In this document: in pieces, positions 1 to 10,339 of the stretch
How the letters are laid out: each line of letters begins with the position of its first letter
Numbering within the stretch: the first letter of the stretch is position 1
Origin: Macrostomum lignano
Lineage: Eukaryota
Direction of reading: 5' to 3'
Assembly: GCA_002269645.1 (NCBI GenBank)
Contig: NIVC01003517.1
Span: 73,738-137,737 of the forward strand
DNA length: 64,000 bases
Notes under the pieces: generated by a model
Told to the model about the DNA's origin: nothing
The model's input: only the letters and a program-made list of their open reading frames with translations
Database searches by the model: none
Position numbers and translations under genes: made by a program

Positions 1-3000
1 GCAGTTTACTCAAAACGTTCTGAAGATACTCGGTCAAATTGTTCGGAGTCAGGAATGCAGCACTACCGCTGACATCACCTGAGCTCTGTGCTAGCGGCAA
101 CCACTTCAGCTGTTTTTCAAGTACAGAGTGCACAGGGAAGATTGCCCACCGAAATCGAAAGGCGTTTTGGAAGACAAGCTTTGCAAGCTGGCCCCACAGC
201 GTCTGATTGCTGGCGTGGTACTCTGGAAGAAGGCTGTAGAAGTGGTGTACGCTCTGCACATTCGGATAAACTGCTTTTGCTGCTTCGAGTAGACTGCCGT
301 AGCAGTCAGGTAGAAGCTGAGTGGCCAGCACTTGGTTCCATTGCTCCTTGACATCTACAGCTCCATCCGCCTTCCACAGAGATCTGCGCGATGGGTCCAT
401 AATGAAGTGACCATTCACGTGTACAGGAAGTGCAGTCGTCACAGGCAATGGCAGCAGACAGTAGACGTGACCTTCTATCTGACATGCTTTAGTTATGGAG
501 ATTTGAGCGGCGACTCCGGTCTTTGGCAGAAGACGCCACTTCCCGGAGGCCACTTGCTGCTGCAGCTGTGCGGGCATGTGGTCCAGTCGACCTCCGAGTT
601 TTTGGAAAACGAGCCATCTTTGCTTGAAATTGGTGCCAGTCCCGCTTACCTTGAGTTCGTAGGTGATCGAGCTGATTGGAATGCGGCTTAACTGAGCTCC
701 CCTGCTCCGCAGATGCTGACTGGCGGTTCCGCACGCCTCCTTGAAGTAATCGAAGCAACCTGATACAGTTTCAACTTCCAACTTGGCTGCAAAAACTGTT
801 GTGAACTTGTTGTCAGCTGATACTTCGGAGAGTTGCACTTCACGGATATTCAAGAGAAACAAGGCAGTTCGCCCAAGTTCATTCTTGAATTCGTCGAATA
901 GATGCTTGATTTTATCAGCACTGATGGAGCGTTTGCATATTCTAGATTTTTTAGCTGAACTCACCGTTCTCAATGGCAGTCGAAACACGGTTCCTCCCGT
1001 TTGCGGCAAGCTCTCAGGACAGTACCCCGCAAATACGTCACGAAAAGTATCTTTCATACGCTGCACGTTCTGGAACATACCTCCTGGAGAAGACAAAGTA
1101 GCACCAGGCATGTACCTGCAGTGCGGATCCATCACGCAGAAAATCTTTCCATCGGACAGAAACGAGGGCGCATCCGTGATGTTGTACACACAATTGAACC
1201 CGATGCCGTACTGTCCAGCTTTCCATGCGTCGTCTCGCTTGGACCCGAGACCGAGCTTCTGGATGCCTTCGATGTCCGCATCGGAGAATGTCGAGTCGTT
1301 GTAGACGAGTAGCGCGGGTCCCTGCAGCTCCTTCCAGCGGTCACTCAGCACTTTCTCGGTCCCGTGATGCCGACGATCGATGATGAAGCTGATCTTTGAT
1401 GCCCCAGCATCATCTGCATTCTGAATGAGTTCCTTGAAAAGCTCGATTCCAAGCGGGTATCCGGAAATGATGTTCTGCAGTCTGGTTGTGAGGTCCTCGT
1501 GTTGGCCGAAAGGCAGAGGCTGCATCGCTTGAGCCAGCATGCTTTCTCTCTGGCTTGGAATTCCAAGCTTCTGGCACAGTCCGAAGGAGATGTTTTCGTG
1601 GCAGAAGAAGGTCTCATTTGGTAGTTGCACAGACTTCATCCAAGGCAGGTTGTTAAAGCACAGTTGTGTGCAGGGTCTCAGAATGCGGCTATGGTCAGGT
1701 GCGAGCAAGCTCTCAGTCGCCAAGGCTTCATCCTGACGGCCGATCTGATCGAGTATTTTAAGGCTCAAATCTAAATCGCCAAGCGTTAGTGGTGCCGAGG
1801 AGTAACGCTGAGAAATAAGTTCAAGCACACCTGCATAGTGCAATGCTGTGAACTTTTGATTGACTCCAGCTGCCTTGAAGAAGCTGTCGCACTGGATGCC
1901 GCTTAGTTCGGAAGGCAAAACATGAAGAAATGGCTCGAATCCCGCATCAGATCTCGACAGACTTACTTGAGCAGACCTTATGAATCCTTTAGGGGACCAA
2001 ATAATGTTCGGAGTCTGTTTCACCATGCTAAGGACGCTATTCGCATTGAGATAACCGGAAGAGATTTGGGCACTGAGGTGTCGATAAACGCACCGACTCA
2101 CTCGCAGAGTTTCTTCATTGCCAGCTCGGGTCAGAGCTACCAGCTGCTGCCAAGCCACCTCTTTGGCGACGTGCCTCCCGTTCAGAACTCCGATTTGAGC
2201 CAAAAGATCTTGTCTCCTTGATGAGGCAACATCACGTAGCACCGTTTCGTCCAAAATAAGCTGCGATGCGGATACAAGATCTTTGCAGCTGGCATCAAAC
2301 AGCTGACAAGGCTGGAAAAGTTGCGTTTTTGGATACTGATCAGCTCGCCAGACAAGGCAACTGTCGTTAGCTTTCTTCAAGGCAGGTAGAAATGCTACGT
2401 TTCTCAGCTGACTAATCGGCTGGTTTGAAAACCGAGAACGGAACGAATCCAAGTACGAAAGCAGCAACACCGTGCGCTCGGTTCTCTGAGGCTCGGAAAG
2501 CGCAGCAACTGACTGGGCGCGACTCAGCAACTCGGCCCAACTGAGATCCGCGCGGAGCCCGACTGAGCGGAGCGCTCTCAGCCGATCCGGTGTCTGCATG
2601 TCCTTGTGAGGAAACACGCTTACGTTCATTTCGAACAGCCTCGCAGCCTGACAGCTGGTGTCCAGAAGCTGCAGAGGCTGACACAGGGCGTTTCCAACGT
2701 TAGGAATGCAGCAGGACTGCTTTAACAAATTTAAAACGTTTTGAGTTACAATTCTAGAAGCGGAGCTCCAGTCTGCATTGCCTCCACCACTGATAACATC
2801 CAGCATGAATTTCAGCACTCTAAAGCAGTCCTCAGAATAGCCCGACTGCCACAAGCGAGACATGTTCGGCACCAAATTAAGCAGCAGTGTCTCGCCCGAC
2901 CATTGACGCTGCAGAATCTTGTTCGTCAGTCCCAGCTGCTCCACAGTTCGTCGAACTCCATCGGTCAACGATGCGACACCTTCGTGCTGACCCACGAGTC

Positions 3001-4693
3001 TCGTGGCGAGTCGACTCAAACAATCTGAAATCCCAGCCAGTGACAGGATGCTGGGATCCAGAAACACTGTGTGTCCCAAACTCTTCCACCCAGCTGATGT
3101 GTGAAAGATTGGCGCCTGACCGTCAAGCATGGAAGCGTAGAACTTCTCAATAAGCGGCCTCCACACAGACTGAGTAGCTCTGTCGAATCGAGGCCACAGC
3201 TCTTGCGAAATCTCTGCATTCACCAAAGACATTCCACTTAGAATCTTCAGAGCGTCAATGTAGGCAGGACAAATGACGTCAGTGAGCAGCACTCGGTTCC
3301 ACTCGCCGAGACTCCACACGCCCTGCTTCTCGTCGACCGTGACCTCGTTGAGGTGTCGTCGGCTCGAGGTGACGGAGAAGCTCGCGTTCAGCATCACTGG
3401 AAATGGATTTTCGACAGGCAGCGGTAGGAAGCAGAACAGCAGCGAGGCCGGCTGTGTGTCACGTGACAGTGGCACGATCCTGTGAGACTGCTCGACGGGC
3501 AGCGCCACGGCTCCCACAGGCGCCAGTCCGAGACGACGCTGCTCCAACGCGACAGCGAGCGACTGCCCAGTACCGACAGCAGCGCATACGAGCCACACTC
3601 TGGTGGAGGCGACTGTGCTGATCTGGAACTGGTCATGAGCTGAGTCTCCAAGCTGAACCTCCACCTCGACAGTCGCTTGACAGCGATGTTCTTGATTTTG
3701 TCCTGGCCGTCCTTGAGTAGCAGATTCGATCAGAGCTTCGGCTACCTTGAGAATAGAGTTCTGAGCAGCGAACTCTTGATCCGCTTGTGACATTCCTGCT
3801 ATTGGTAGCGGTGGCAGTGAAATGGCATGTCGCTGGAAATATTTGAGAGGGCTCTTGTGAACGCAGAACACGAGTTGAGTTTGATTTGAAGGATCGGTCG
3901 CATTGGACGGCAGGAACAGACACCGGAATGTTCGCACTGTCTGGGTGAACAGAAGCATAGTGTCGGCTTGCTCTGCAGCGAGTCTCAACAAGCCACGAAT
4001 CTCCGAGTCAGAGTACACGCGATCGCAGATCTTCGACTTCGCTGCCTGAGCCTCAGTGCGTAGCGGAAGACGCAGCAGCGTGCCGGCGAAGTTTCCTTCA
4101 TCTGCTTGCAGATTGCAGCCTGAGACTCCAGCGAACGGTGCAAACTGGTTGGCGTACCGATCCAGCAGACTCGGCTGTGCTTGAAAGTCGAGCTCAACTC
4201 CAGTGTCCCTGTCCCCGTGACTCGCGTACACCGTCTCCAAGTAGCCCTCGCCCCTGCGCTCACCGTGCGGGTCGAGGATCAGCATTCGGTGCCGACTGAG
4301 GATCTGCGGCACGTCAGTCAGGTTGTACACCGAGTTGAAGCCCAGACCGAAGCGACCGACCTTGGCCGTCTTCTCCAGTTTGGTGGCTCCGCTCAGCTGC
4401 AGGATGTTGTCGAAGTCCTCGTCGCTGAAGGTGGCGTTGTTGAAGGCCCACAGCGCCCGTCCCTGACAGTCGGCCATCGCCGGGTCGAGCAGCGACTCGG
4501 AGCCGCGCCAGTCGGAGTTCTCGCGACAGTCGTAGAGCAGCGTGACCTCGGTGGCGCCCGCGTCGTCAGCGTTCTGCAGCAGCTCCTTGGGCACCGCCAG
4601 ACCGTCAGAGTACTCGTCGAGCAGTCGTTTGAGTCGTCGGGTGAACGGCTCAGACTGGCCGCGCAAACGCAGGCCGTCGGAGGTCTGGGCCAT
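1..4693 (-). CDS. SACS-like: Sacsin-like protein copy A, N-terminal ~1564 codons (two GHKL/HATPase repeats); runs off the left edge
   Basis: ATG (MAQTSDG) at 4693. Colinear with copies B and C; the only indels I found versus B are in-frame (6 bp near 2130, 3 bp near 1740). The ORF track omits it, consistent with no stop before the window edge. ELLQNADDAGA...GRFGLGF and ELIQNADDAGA...GQYGIGF motifs are present. Confidence 0.88.
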   Translation of the reverse strand, partial: MAQTSDGLRLRGQSEPFTRRLKRLLDEYSDGLAVPKELLQNADDAGATEVTLLYDCRENSDWRGSESLLDPAMADCQGRALWAFNNATFSDEDFDNILQLSGATKLEKTAKVGRFGLGFNSVYNLTDVPQILSRHRMLILDPHGERRGEGYLETVYASHGDRDTGVELDFQAQPSLLDRYANQFAPFAGVSGCNLQADEGNFAGTLLRLPLRTEAQAAKSKICDRVYSDSEIRGLLRLAAEQADTMLLFTQTVRTFRCLFLPSNATDPSNQTQLVFCVHKSPLKYFQRHAISLPPLPIAGMSQADQEFAAQNSILKVAEALIESATQGRPGQNQEHRCQATVEVEVQLGDSAHDQFQISTVASTRVWLVCAAVGTGQSLAVALEQRRLGLAPVGAVALPVEQSHRIVPLSRDTQPASLLFCFLPLPVENPFPVMLNASFSVTSSRRHLNEVTVDEKQGVWSLGEWNRVLLTDVICPAYIDALKILSGMSLVNAEISQELWPRFDRATQSVWRPLIEKFYASMLDGQAPIFHTSAGWKSLGHTVFLDPSILSLAGISDCLSRLATRLVGQHEGVASLTDGVRRTVEQLGLTNKILQRQWSGETLLLNLVPNMSRLWQSGYSEDCFRVLKFMLDVISGGGNADWSSASRIVTQNVLNLLKQSCCIPNVGNALCQPLQLLDTSCQAARLFEMNVSVFPHKDMQTPDRLRALRSVGLRADLSWAELLSRAQSVAALSEPQRTERTVLLLSYLDSFRSRFSNQPISQLRNVAFLPALKKANDSCLVWRADQYPKTQLFQPCQLFDASCKDLVSASQLILDETVLRDVASSRRQDLLAQIGVLNGRHVAKEVAWQQLVALTRAGNEETLRVSRCVYRHLSAQISSGYLNANSVLSMVKQTPNIIWSPKGFIRSAQVSLSRSDAGFEPFLHVLPSELSGIQCDSFFKAAGVNQKFTALHYAGVLELISQRYSSAPLTLGDLDLSLKILDQIGRQDEALATESLLAPDHSRILRPCTQLCFNNLPWMKSVQLPNETFFCHENISFGLCQKLGIPSQRESMLAQAMQPLPFGQHEDLTTRLQNIISGYPLGIELFKELIQNADDAGASKISFIIDRRHHGTEKVLSDRWKELQGPALLVYNDSTFSDADIEGIQKLGLGSKRDDAWKAGQYGIGFNCVYNITDAPSFLSDGKIFCVMDPHCRYMPGATLSSPGGMFQNVQRMKDTFRDVFAGYCPESLPQTGGTVFRLPLRTVSSAKKSRICKRSISADKIKHLFDEFKNELGRTALFLLNIREVQLSEVSADNKFTTVFAAKLEVETVSGCFDYFKEACGTASQHLRSRGAQLSRIPISSITYELKVSGTGTNFKQRWLVFQKLGGRLDHMPAQLQQQVASGKWRLLPKTGVAAQISITKACQIEGHVYCLLPLPVTTALPVHVNGHFIMDPSRRSLWKADGAVDVKEQWNQVLATQLLPDCYGSLLEAAKAVYPNVQSVHHFYSLLPEYHASNQTLWGQLAKLVFQNAFRFRWAIFPVHSVLEKQLKWLPLAQSSGDVSGSAAFLTPNNLTEYLQNVLSKL

Positions 4694-4788
4694 TCTGGAG
4701 GCCTGTGTGTAGGATTTTTAAGGGGCTTGAACTGTGATTGAAGTACATGAAAATGCATGACTTGCATGAGTTGCTTACATGGCAGACA

Positions 4789-5184
4789 GACTGACTGACT
4801 GACTGACTGACTGACTGACTGACTGACTGACTGACTGACTGACTGACTGACTGACTGACTGACTGACTGACTGACTGACTGACTGACTGACTGACTGACT
4901 GACTGACTGACTGACTGACTGACTGACTGACTGACTGACTGACTGACTGACTGACTGACTGACTGACTGACTGACTGACTGACTGACTGACTGACTGACT
5001 GACTGACTGACTGACTGACTGACTGACTGACTGACTGACTGACTGACTGACTGACTGACTGACTGACTGACTGACTGACTGACTGACTGACTGACTGACT
5101 GACTGACTGACTGACTGACTGACTGACTGACTGACTGACTGACTGACTGACTGACTGACTGACTGACTGACTGACTGACTGACT
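4789..5184. repeat. Perfect (GACT)n microsatellite, ~99 units
   Basis: Read directly; it produces the spurious SQSV ORFs at 4393..5295 and 4650..5240. Confidence 0.98.
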
Positions 5185-5254
5185 GATGAGATATTGGGCG
5201 AGAAGGAAAGGAAGTAAAAGAAGACTACACAATCTCTCAAAGCAGACTCTTAGT

Positions 5255-6010
5255 CTCTCACACAGCACAGAAACCAGCGTGACTATCAACAGCAAACAGA
5301 CACGCAGATATGTCCAAAAAGTTGATTAATTCTAGAAGCACAGCTTTATTTATTAGCAGAAATCGTGAAATTTAGCTGAATAAATGTTCCTACCTTTTCA
5401 ACTAAAGAACCTTAGAAAACACTTGATGGAATTATTTTCTTTCTCTGAAGAAGTTTCACGTCGAGGTACTTACTTACAGAATCGATTGCGAGATGCTAAC
5501 GGCTTTAGTGCACTGTGTATAGAATTAAATACTTTTTGAGATGATATTTCCAAGAAATGCAGTGCACATCAAGACGTTTCAATGTACGCAAATTTCGTAC
5601 AAAGTGTCTAGTCTAAAAATAGAGAATTATATATTATTACGCTCGCACCAACTCTGTACAAGCCCCAGCCCCTGCCAACAGTTCGAAGGGATCGAAAAAT
5701 AGTCTTGATAAATGGGCCTACAGGCAGTGTGGTCGTGGGTCTGAATCTCTACATGAACGTGAACGTGATCGAATGACATGTACATTGCTATGTACTCCCA
5801 AACCGAAAACTGTAGGCATATAAAATTCTCATCCTTTTTCTGGTGTTGTTCCGCTCACTCATGTCATTCCCCAGAACGGGGGTAGGGCTCAGGCACTATA
5901 CATTTGCATGCATACTGTCGCTTCCTAACGAGATGCGCCATTTCCAGGAAATTCACTGTACATTTACAATTTTGAATGCACAAGAATTTCTTGGAAATTT
6001 TAACCGAATT
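5255..6010 (+). repeat. Dispersed repeat family X, copy 1 (single 24-mer seed)
   Basis: Shares blocks with 33085-33830 and 54285-55440, e.g. cacagcacaga(a/c)accagcgtga, gcagatatgtccaaaaag and atactgtcgcttcctaacgagatgcgccatttccaggaaattcac. Absent from the matching upstream position of copy B. Boundaries are approximate. Confidence 0.7.
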
Positions 6011-6315
6011 CACTGCAGAGCTTAGAAGAGGAGCCGGGGGCCTCCTGAGCCTGTCTGTCCAATTGCTAGTGAGACAAATAATTTTCTAGGAAATGAACTA
6101 GCACTTGAAGCTAAATTTAGCAGCAGGCTAAGAGGCTAAGAGAGAAGTCGGAGAGAGATGAGAGTGAGAGAGAGAGTTGACCGAGGCGAGAGCAAGGCTA
6201 CATTTAAAAGTAATAAAAACTAGACCTCAGTTATCGATAGTGCAACTACTATACTGTACGAACCGCTCAAAATACACACAACAAGCACAAAAATGCTCGT
6301 AAATCGGTCCAATGG

Positions 6316-7254
6316 TAGGGATTCCAAAATCCCGACAATTTACAATACCGGGATTGAGAAATCCTGAAATCCCGATGGTTTAAAATCCCGAGATCACTAA
6401 TCCCGGAAAATCCCGACTGAGAGTAATCCCGGGACCCCGCTTCGAAGTTCAAAAAAAATCAAATGTATTGAAACATCTGCATCCAGCTTCCACCACGACC
6501 ACAAAGTAAGTAAAATAGTTAAAATTTTACTTATTAGATTTAAAGCATGAATTAATAAAAGATTAAAGGATCAAAGTAAATCGAGCATGATTTATTGATC
6601 TATCTTTACAATATCCTTACAGAATCCTTACAGAATCCTTACAGAATCCTTACAGAAATACAAAATTTCTGTATCATTCGTCAATGACTCGTATTCTGTC
6701 GTGGCAGTTCAGAAATTTATCATTTCAGTTATCCTGATTGTTGGAAATGAGACCGAAGCATGCCCAGCTTTGTTGATAAGGTCTCATCACCGAGAACGAA
6801 TCCGGGTCATCAAAATGGCAGCGCCAGAAAATGCCCGTTCTGCTTCAACACTAGTTGGTGCGATGGACAAAAGGGCACAGTTTAGTGTCGTCAGCAGCTT
6901 GCCCAATTGGGCAGTAGATCGCATAAATTACACCTTACGAAAACGAAAAAAATTAAATTTCTGCTTAACAAACTGCTCTAACAAATTTTGCTGCTTTTTA
7001 TGTGTGATTTCGATACAGACATGCAGGCTGCAGTTGTGTTATTTCATATTTTTTAAAGTTCAATCTTTTTTTCAGATTTTACATGATTATTTTAGTTGAA
7101 AAAAAGAGAATTAAAATCAGTTTGAATCCCGAAACAATCCCAATCCCGCACTGTTGTAATCCCGAGGATCATAAATCCCGAAATTTCAAGTCCCATAAAA
7201 TCCCGGGATCGAAATCCCGTGTTTTGAGGCTAAATCCCGAGATTGGAATGCCTA
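6316..7254. mobile_element. Non-autonomous hAT-type element (939 bp)
   Basis: Ends TAGGGATTCCAA / TTGGAATGCCTA. Perfect 8-bp TSD TCCAATGG (6308-6315, 7255-7262). Dense subterminal ATCCCG motifs. An empty-site-like sequence lies upstream of copy B (~29820-29850). Confidence 0.85.
6613..6656. repeat. 11-bp tandem repeat (ATCCTTACAGA)x4 inside the hAT element
   Basis: Read directly. Confidence 0.9.
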
Positions 7255-7481
7255 TCCAATGGGGGGAAACACACGCAAAAATAGTTAAATTATTAGAAAA
7301 TGATACGGTTAATTTCCCGTAAATCTGACACTGCCTTCCTGTCCTCCACGCCTGTTACCCAGGGACTCCTTAAAAAGCACCACTGGACAAAAAGCTCCCT
7401 GTACGCATTTACACATAGCTTAGTGTGGCAGCCACTCCCAGTGACTGTGCGAATAACAAGTTGCATTTTATCTCTGAGAAG

Positions 7482-8970
7482 TAGGGAATACAAAATCCTG
7501 AGTTTTATCAATCCCGGGATTCTAGGGATCGGGACATCCCGGACTTTGCCAATCCCTGGATCCCGACAAATTGGGCCGGGATCATGGGATCCCGGAATTG
7601 AAAAAGTTTCTTATCTTTTTGTCAGAGCAATTTTGGTTTACGAAGCAATTAAACCTGATTTTTAAGGGCTTTTATTGGTGAATGTAGAACAGAATAAAAT
7701 ATTTAACAAACAAGAAACTGACAGTGAGTTCTGAATTGGAGTGTGATGTGCGGGCTGGCGTATTAGGTGTGCTTTTTTACATGTCACTATCAGCTCAGGT
7801 CTCAGGAAAATCACGCTTGATTTTTATTCAACCTGGGGGAACGATGGCTTACGAGCAATGGCCAGAGGTAGTACTAATACCAGAGTAGAAGGGGATCAGA
7901 CCTCACCCTCCCAGGGGCACCCGCCCAAGATGGAGAATCGGTAGCGTGGGTTATGGTCCGATAGCAAGGTCCCACTTTTCTAATCCCAACTACGATCAAG
8001 GAGTTTTCAAGGTAGGGACTGCTTAAAGTAGTTCTGCATTATTACACCTTAAATCTCCTTACGACCTGCTAACAGCTTCTGTTTTGCATACCTGCAGCTC
8101 TAGCTAGCCTTCTTTCACTAGCCTGCATGATTAAAAGAAATAAAATATTCATAAATCAAAGCAGGACAACTGGGTTATGATTTTCACCTGACAAGTACCC
8201 CCATCGCCGTTGTCACCACTCGGATCAACCAGTGGGTGGCTTCTAAGCACAGGGAGAGGTGGGCTAACGCCCCCGACTGCCGGCAATCCCGCGCGGCTGT
8301 CCCCTGTCCCTCCTCCGCCCTACGCAGGGCCCTGCTTGGACTCAACCGCAGGGACATCAGGGCGGTTACCATGGCCCTCTCGGGTCATGGCTGCTTTGCC
8401 AGGCATCGTTACCTCCAGGAGAAAATCCGCAGTGAGGAATGCCCTTTCTGCCTCTCCGGTGTCGAGAATGCGGAGCACTTCATCTGTGAATGCCCCGCCT
8501 TTACTCAGGACAGGCTCACCTACCTCGGCCCAAACCCGGACCTCTCCGACGTTTTCAGGCCCGAGAATCTCTGCCAGCTCGTCCGCTACCTAAGGGCTAC
8601 CGGGCGAGCGACAATCCACCTCCTGGACTCTCCGGAGGGGGACCGCGCTGCGGACGCCGGCGCCACCGGAACTCCCTGCGCGACACCGCAGCACTAGCTG
8701 CCCGTGGTCGCCAGGGGTTAGCGAAATGGGCGGCAACGCCTCCTCGCTGTTTCCGGACGCACGGAGCCCCCTGCAGCTAAGTCAAGTAAGTAAGTCAAGA
8801 CCTCAGCTAAAGATAATACTACTGGAGATGTATTCAACTATTGCAAAGCGGAATGGGATCGGGATCCCGATAGTCGATCCCGGAATTTTCGAATCACGGT
8901 CCCGGACAATTGTGATCCCGGGATTTGGCCCTAGTCCCGGGATTTCGTTATCCGGGGATCTCATTCCCTA
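7482..8970. mobile_element. Second non-autonomous hAT-type element (1489 bp) with a nested LINE fragment
   Basis: Ends TAGGGAAT / ATTCCCTA. 8-bp TSD CTGAGAAG / CTCAGAAG (one mismatch). ATCCCG/CGGGAT motif clusters at both ends. Confidence 0.78.
8185..8800 (+). mobile_element. 5'-truncated non-LTR retrotransposon 3' end (R1/LOA/I-like)
   Basis: ORF 8236..8697 contains ...[17 protein letters not shown]...[21 protein letters not shown]...R...LG, the CX2CX8HX4C knuckle region typical of these clades. It is followed by a TAAG/TCAAG simple-repeat tail near 8778-8799. Confidence 0.8.
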
Positions 8971-10339
8971 CTCAGAAGTTTTTTACGAGAGTTTTAAACT
9001 CCAACGGCATACAAAAGCGATTCGCTTGAAGACATTGTCGCTAGTAATTAATCTTCTTCGCCGTCAATGCGGATACCGTGTGCACTGCCAACATATCCTT
9101 GAACTACCCAGCAACGGAGTTGATCATATTAGTTTATGCACCATCCTCACCAATGCCTATAAGCTGGCCATTGCTGCTATTTCAATCCTATTTGTGATTT
9201 AAATCTCGTCGATGACCATGTTTCATTCAGTTCAAGGCAGCCTTCGCTGTCAAGGCCAGCGAAAATCCAACTCTTTATGGACCTCAGCGGACGATCGGAC
9301 GGGAGACAGGTGGGATCTCAAAACTTCAGCTGGAACTTATGAACAAATTTGGACAAAAAAATCAAATCAACCTGAACCAACTAGAAGCCTCTAAAGTCAA
9401 GTTTACTTGAAATACGTAATTTTTACAATAGTTACTTCACTATAATATCACATTCTACTCACTCTCATGCTTATTTGTTCGATAGTATTTGTGGTCGATA
9501 ATTTGATCTTAACCAACAAATGAGAGGACAGCTTCTATAAGATCTGGAACAGCTGATGTCAACTGTTAAAGAATTAAATGAAGAAAAGTAGAAATACAAC
9601 CAATTGGTTATTTGTTAAATTAAATGGTTAAAATAAAATTTTTTATTCATTATGCCCGATCAATTCTTTCCTGGGAAGAGCCGCAGTACCGAACGCTTAT
9701 TTCTATCTAGCTAAGATTCAAGTTATTTTTTAATGAATACACCTGGAATAATTATTTATCAGTACCCAAAATCTGCGTAACATGAGCATGTAGCAAAAGT
9801 AACGCATTCTGATAGGTCAGTTGTACCTATTCTTCTAGGTAGCCTTGGTGTTCTCATTAAGGGATAGCTCTCATTAAAGCGTTTTAGTACTCTTAACGAG
9901 TCTGCATTTGTTGCAAAGTTTTCAAACATTTAATACGAATTATTAACCCTCCATGTTGTGTATGTGTGCATATGCATGTGTGTGACACTGAAGCTTGGGC
10001 TATACTCGTATGAATATTACTGTCTATGGTATAAATACACGTGACGGCCTAGAGAGACGGCCACGCCCTCTGAGCTTTATTTTCATCAGACCGCGCGCTA
10101 TAGAAGATATAACCCTCTCGGCTTCGCGATATATAACACTCCATACGCCAGAGCTATAGAGAGCAGTACAGTGCCTTGCTGAGACTTTTGAGTCGATAGC
10201 AATTTTTCCTCAGACTTACCTAAAAAACGGGATTTTTTAATCCAGATGAAATTTTAAGAGCGTCTGCTAGATATCTGATTGCGCCCGCCCGCCAGTTTTC
10301 ATAATCTGGTCGGATCTGAAAGTCCCATATTATTGCAGT

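Noticed and set aside
88-4741. Many 60-190-aa ORFs antisense or out of frame to the sacsin genes (likewise within B and C)
   Set aside because: Shadow ORFs of GC-rich coding sequence; they recur only because the host genes are duplicated.
4393-5295. 300-aa and 196-aa SQSV-repeat ORFs
   Set aside because: Stop-free translations of the (GACT)n microsatellite; no domain content.
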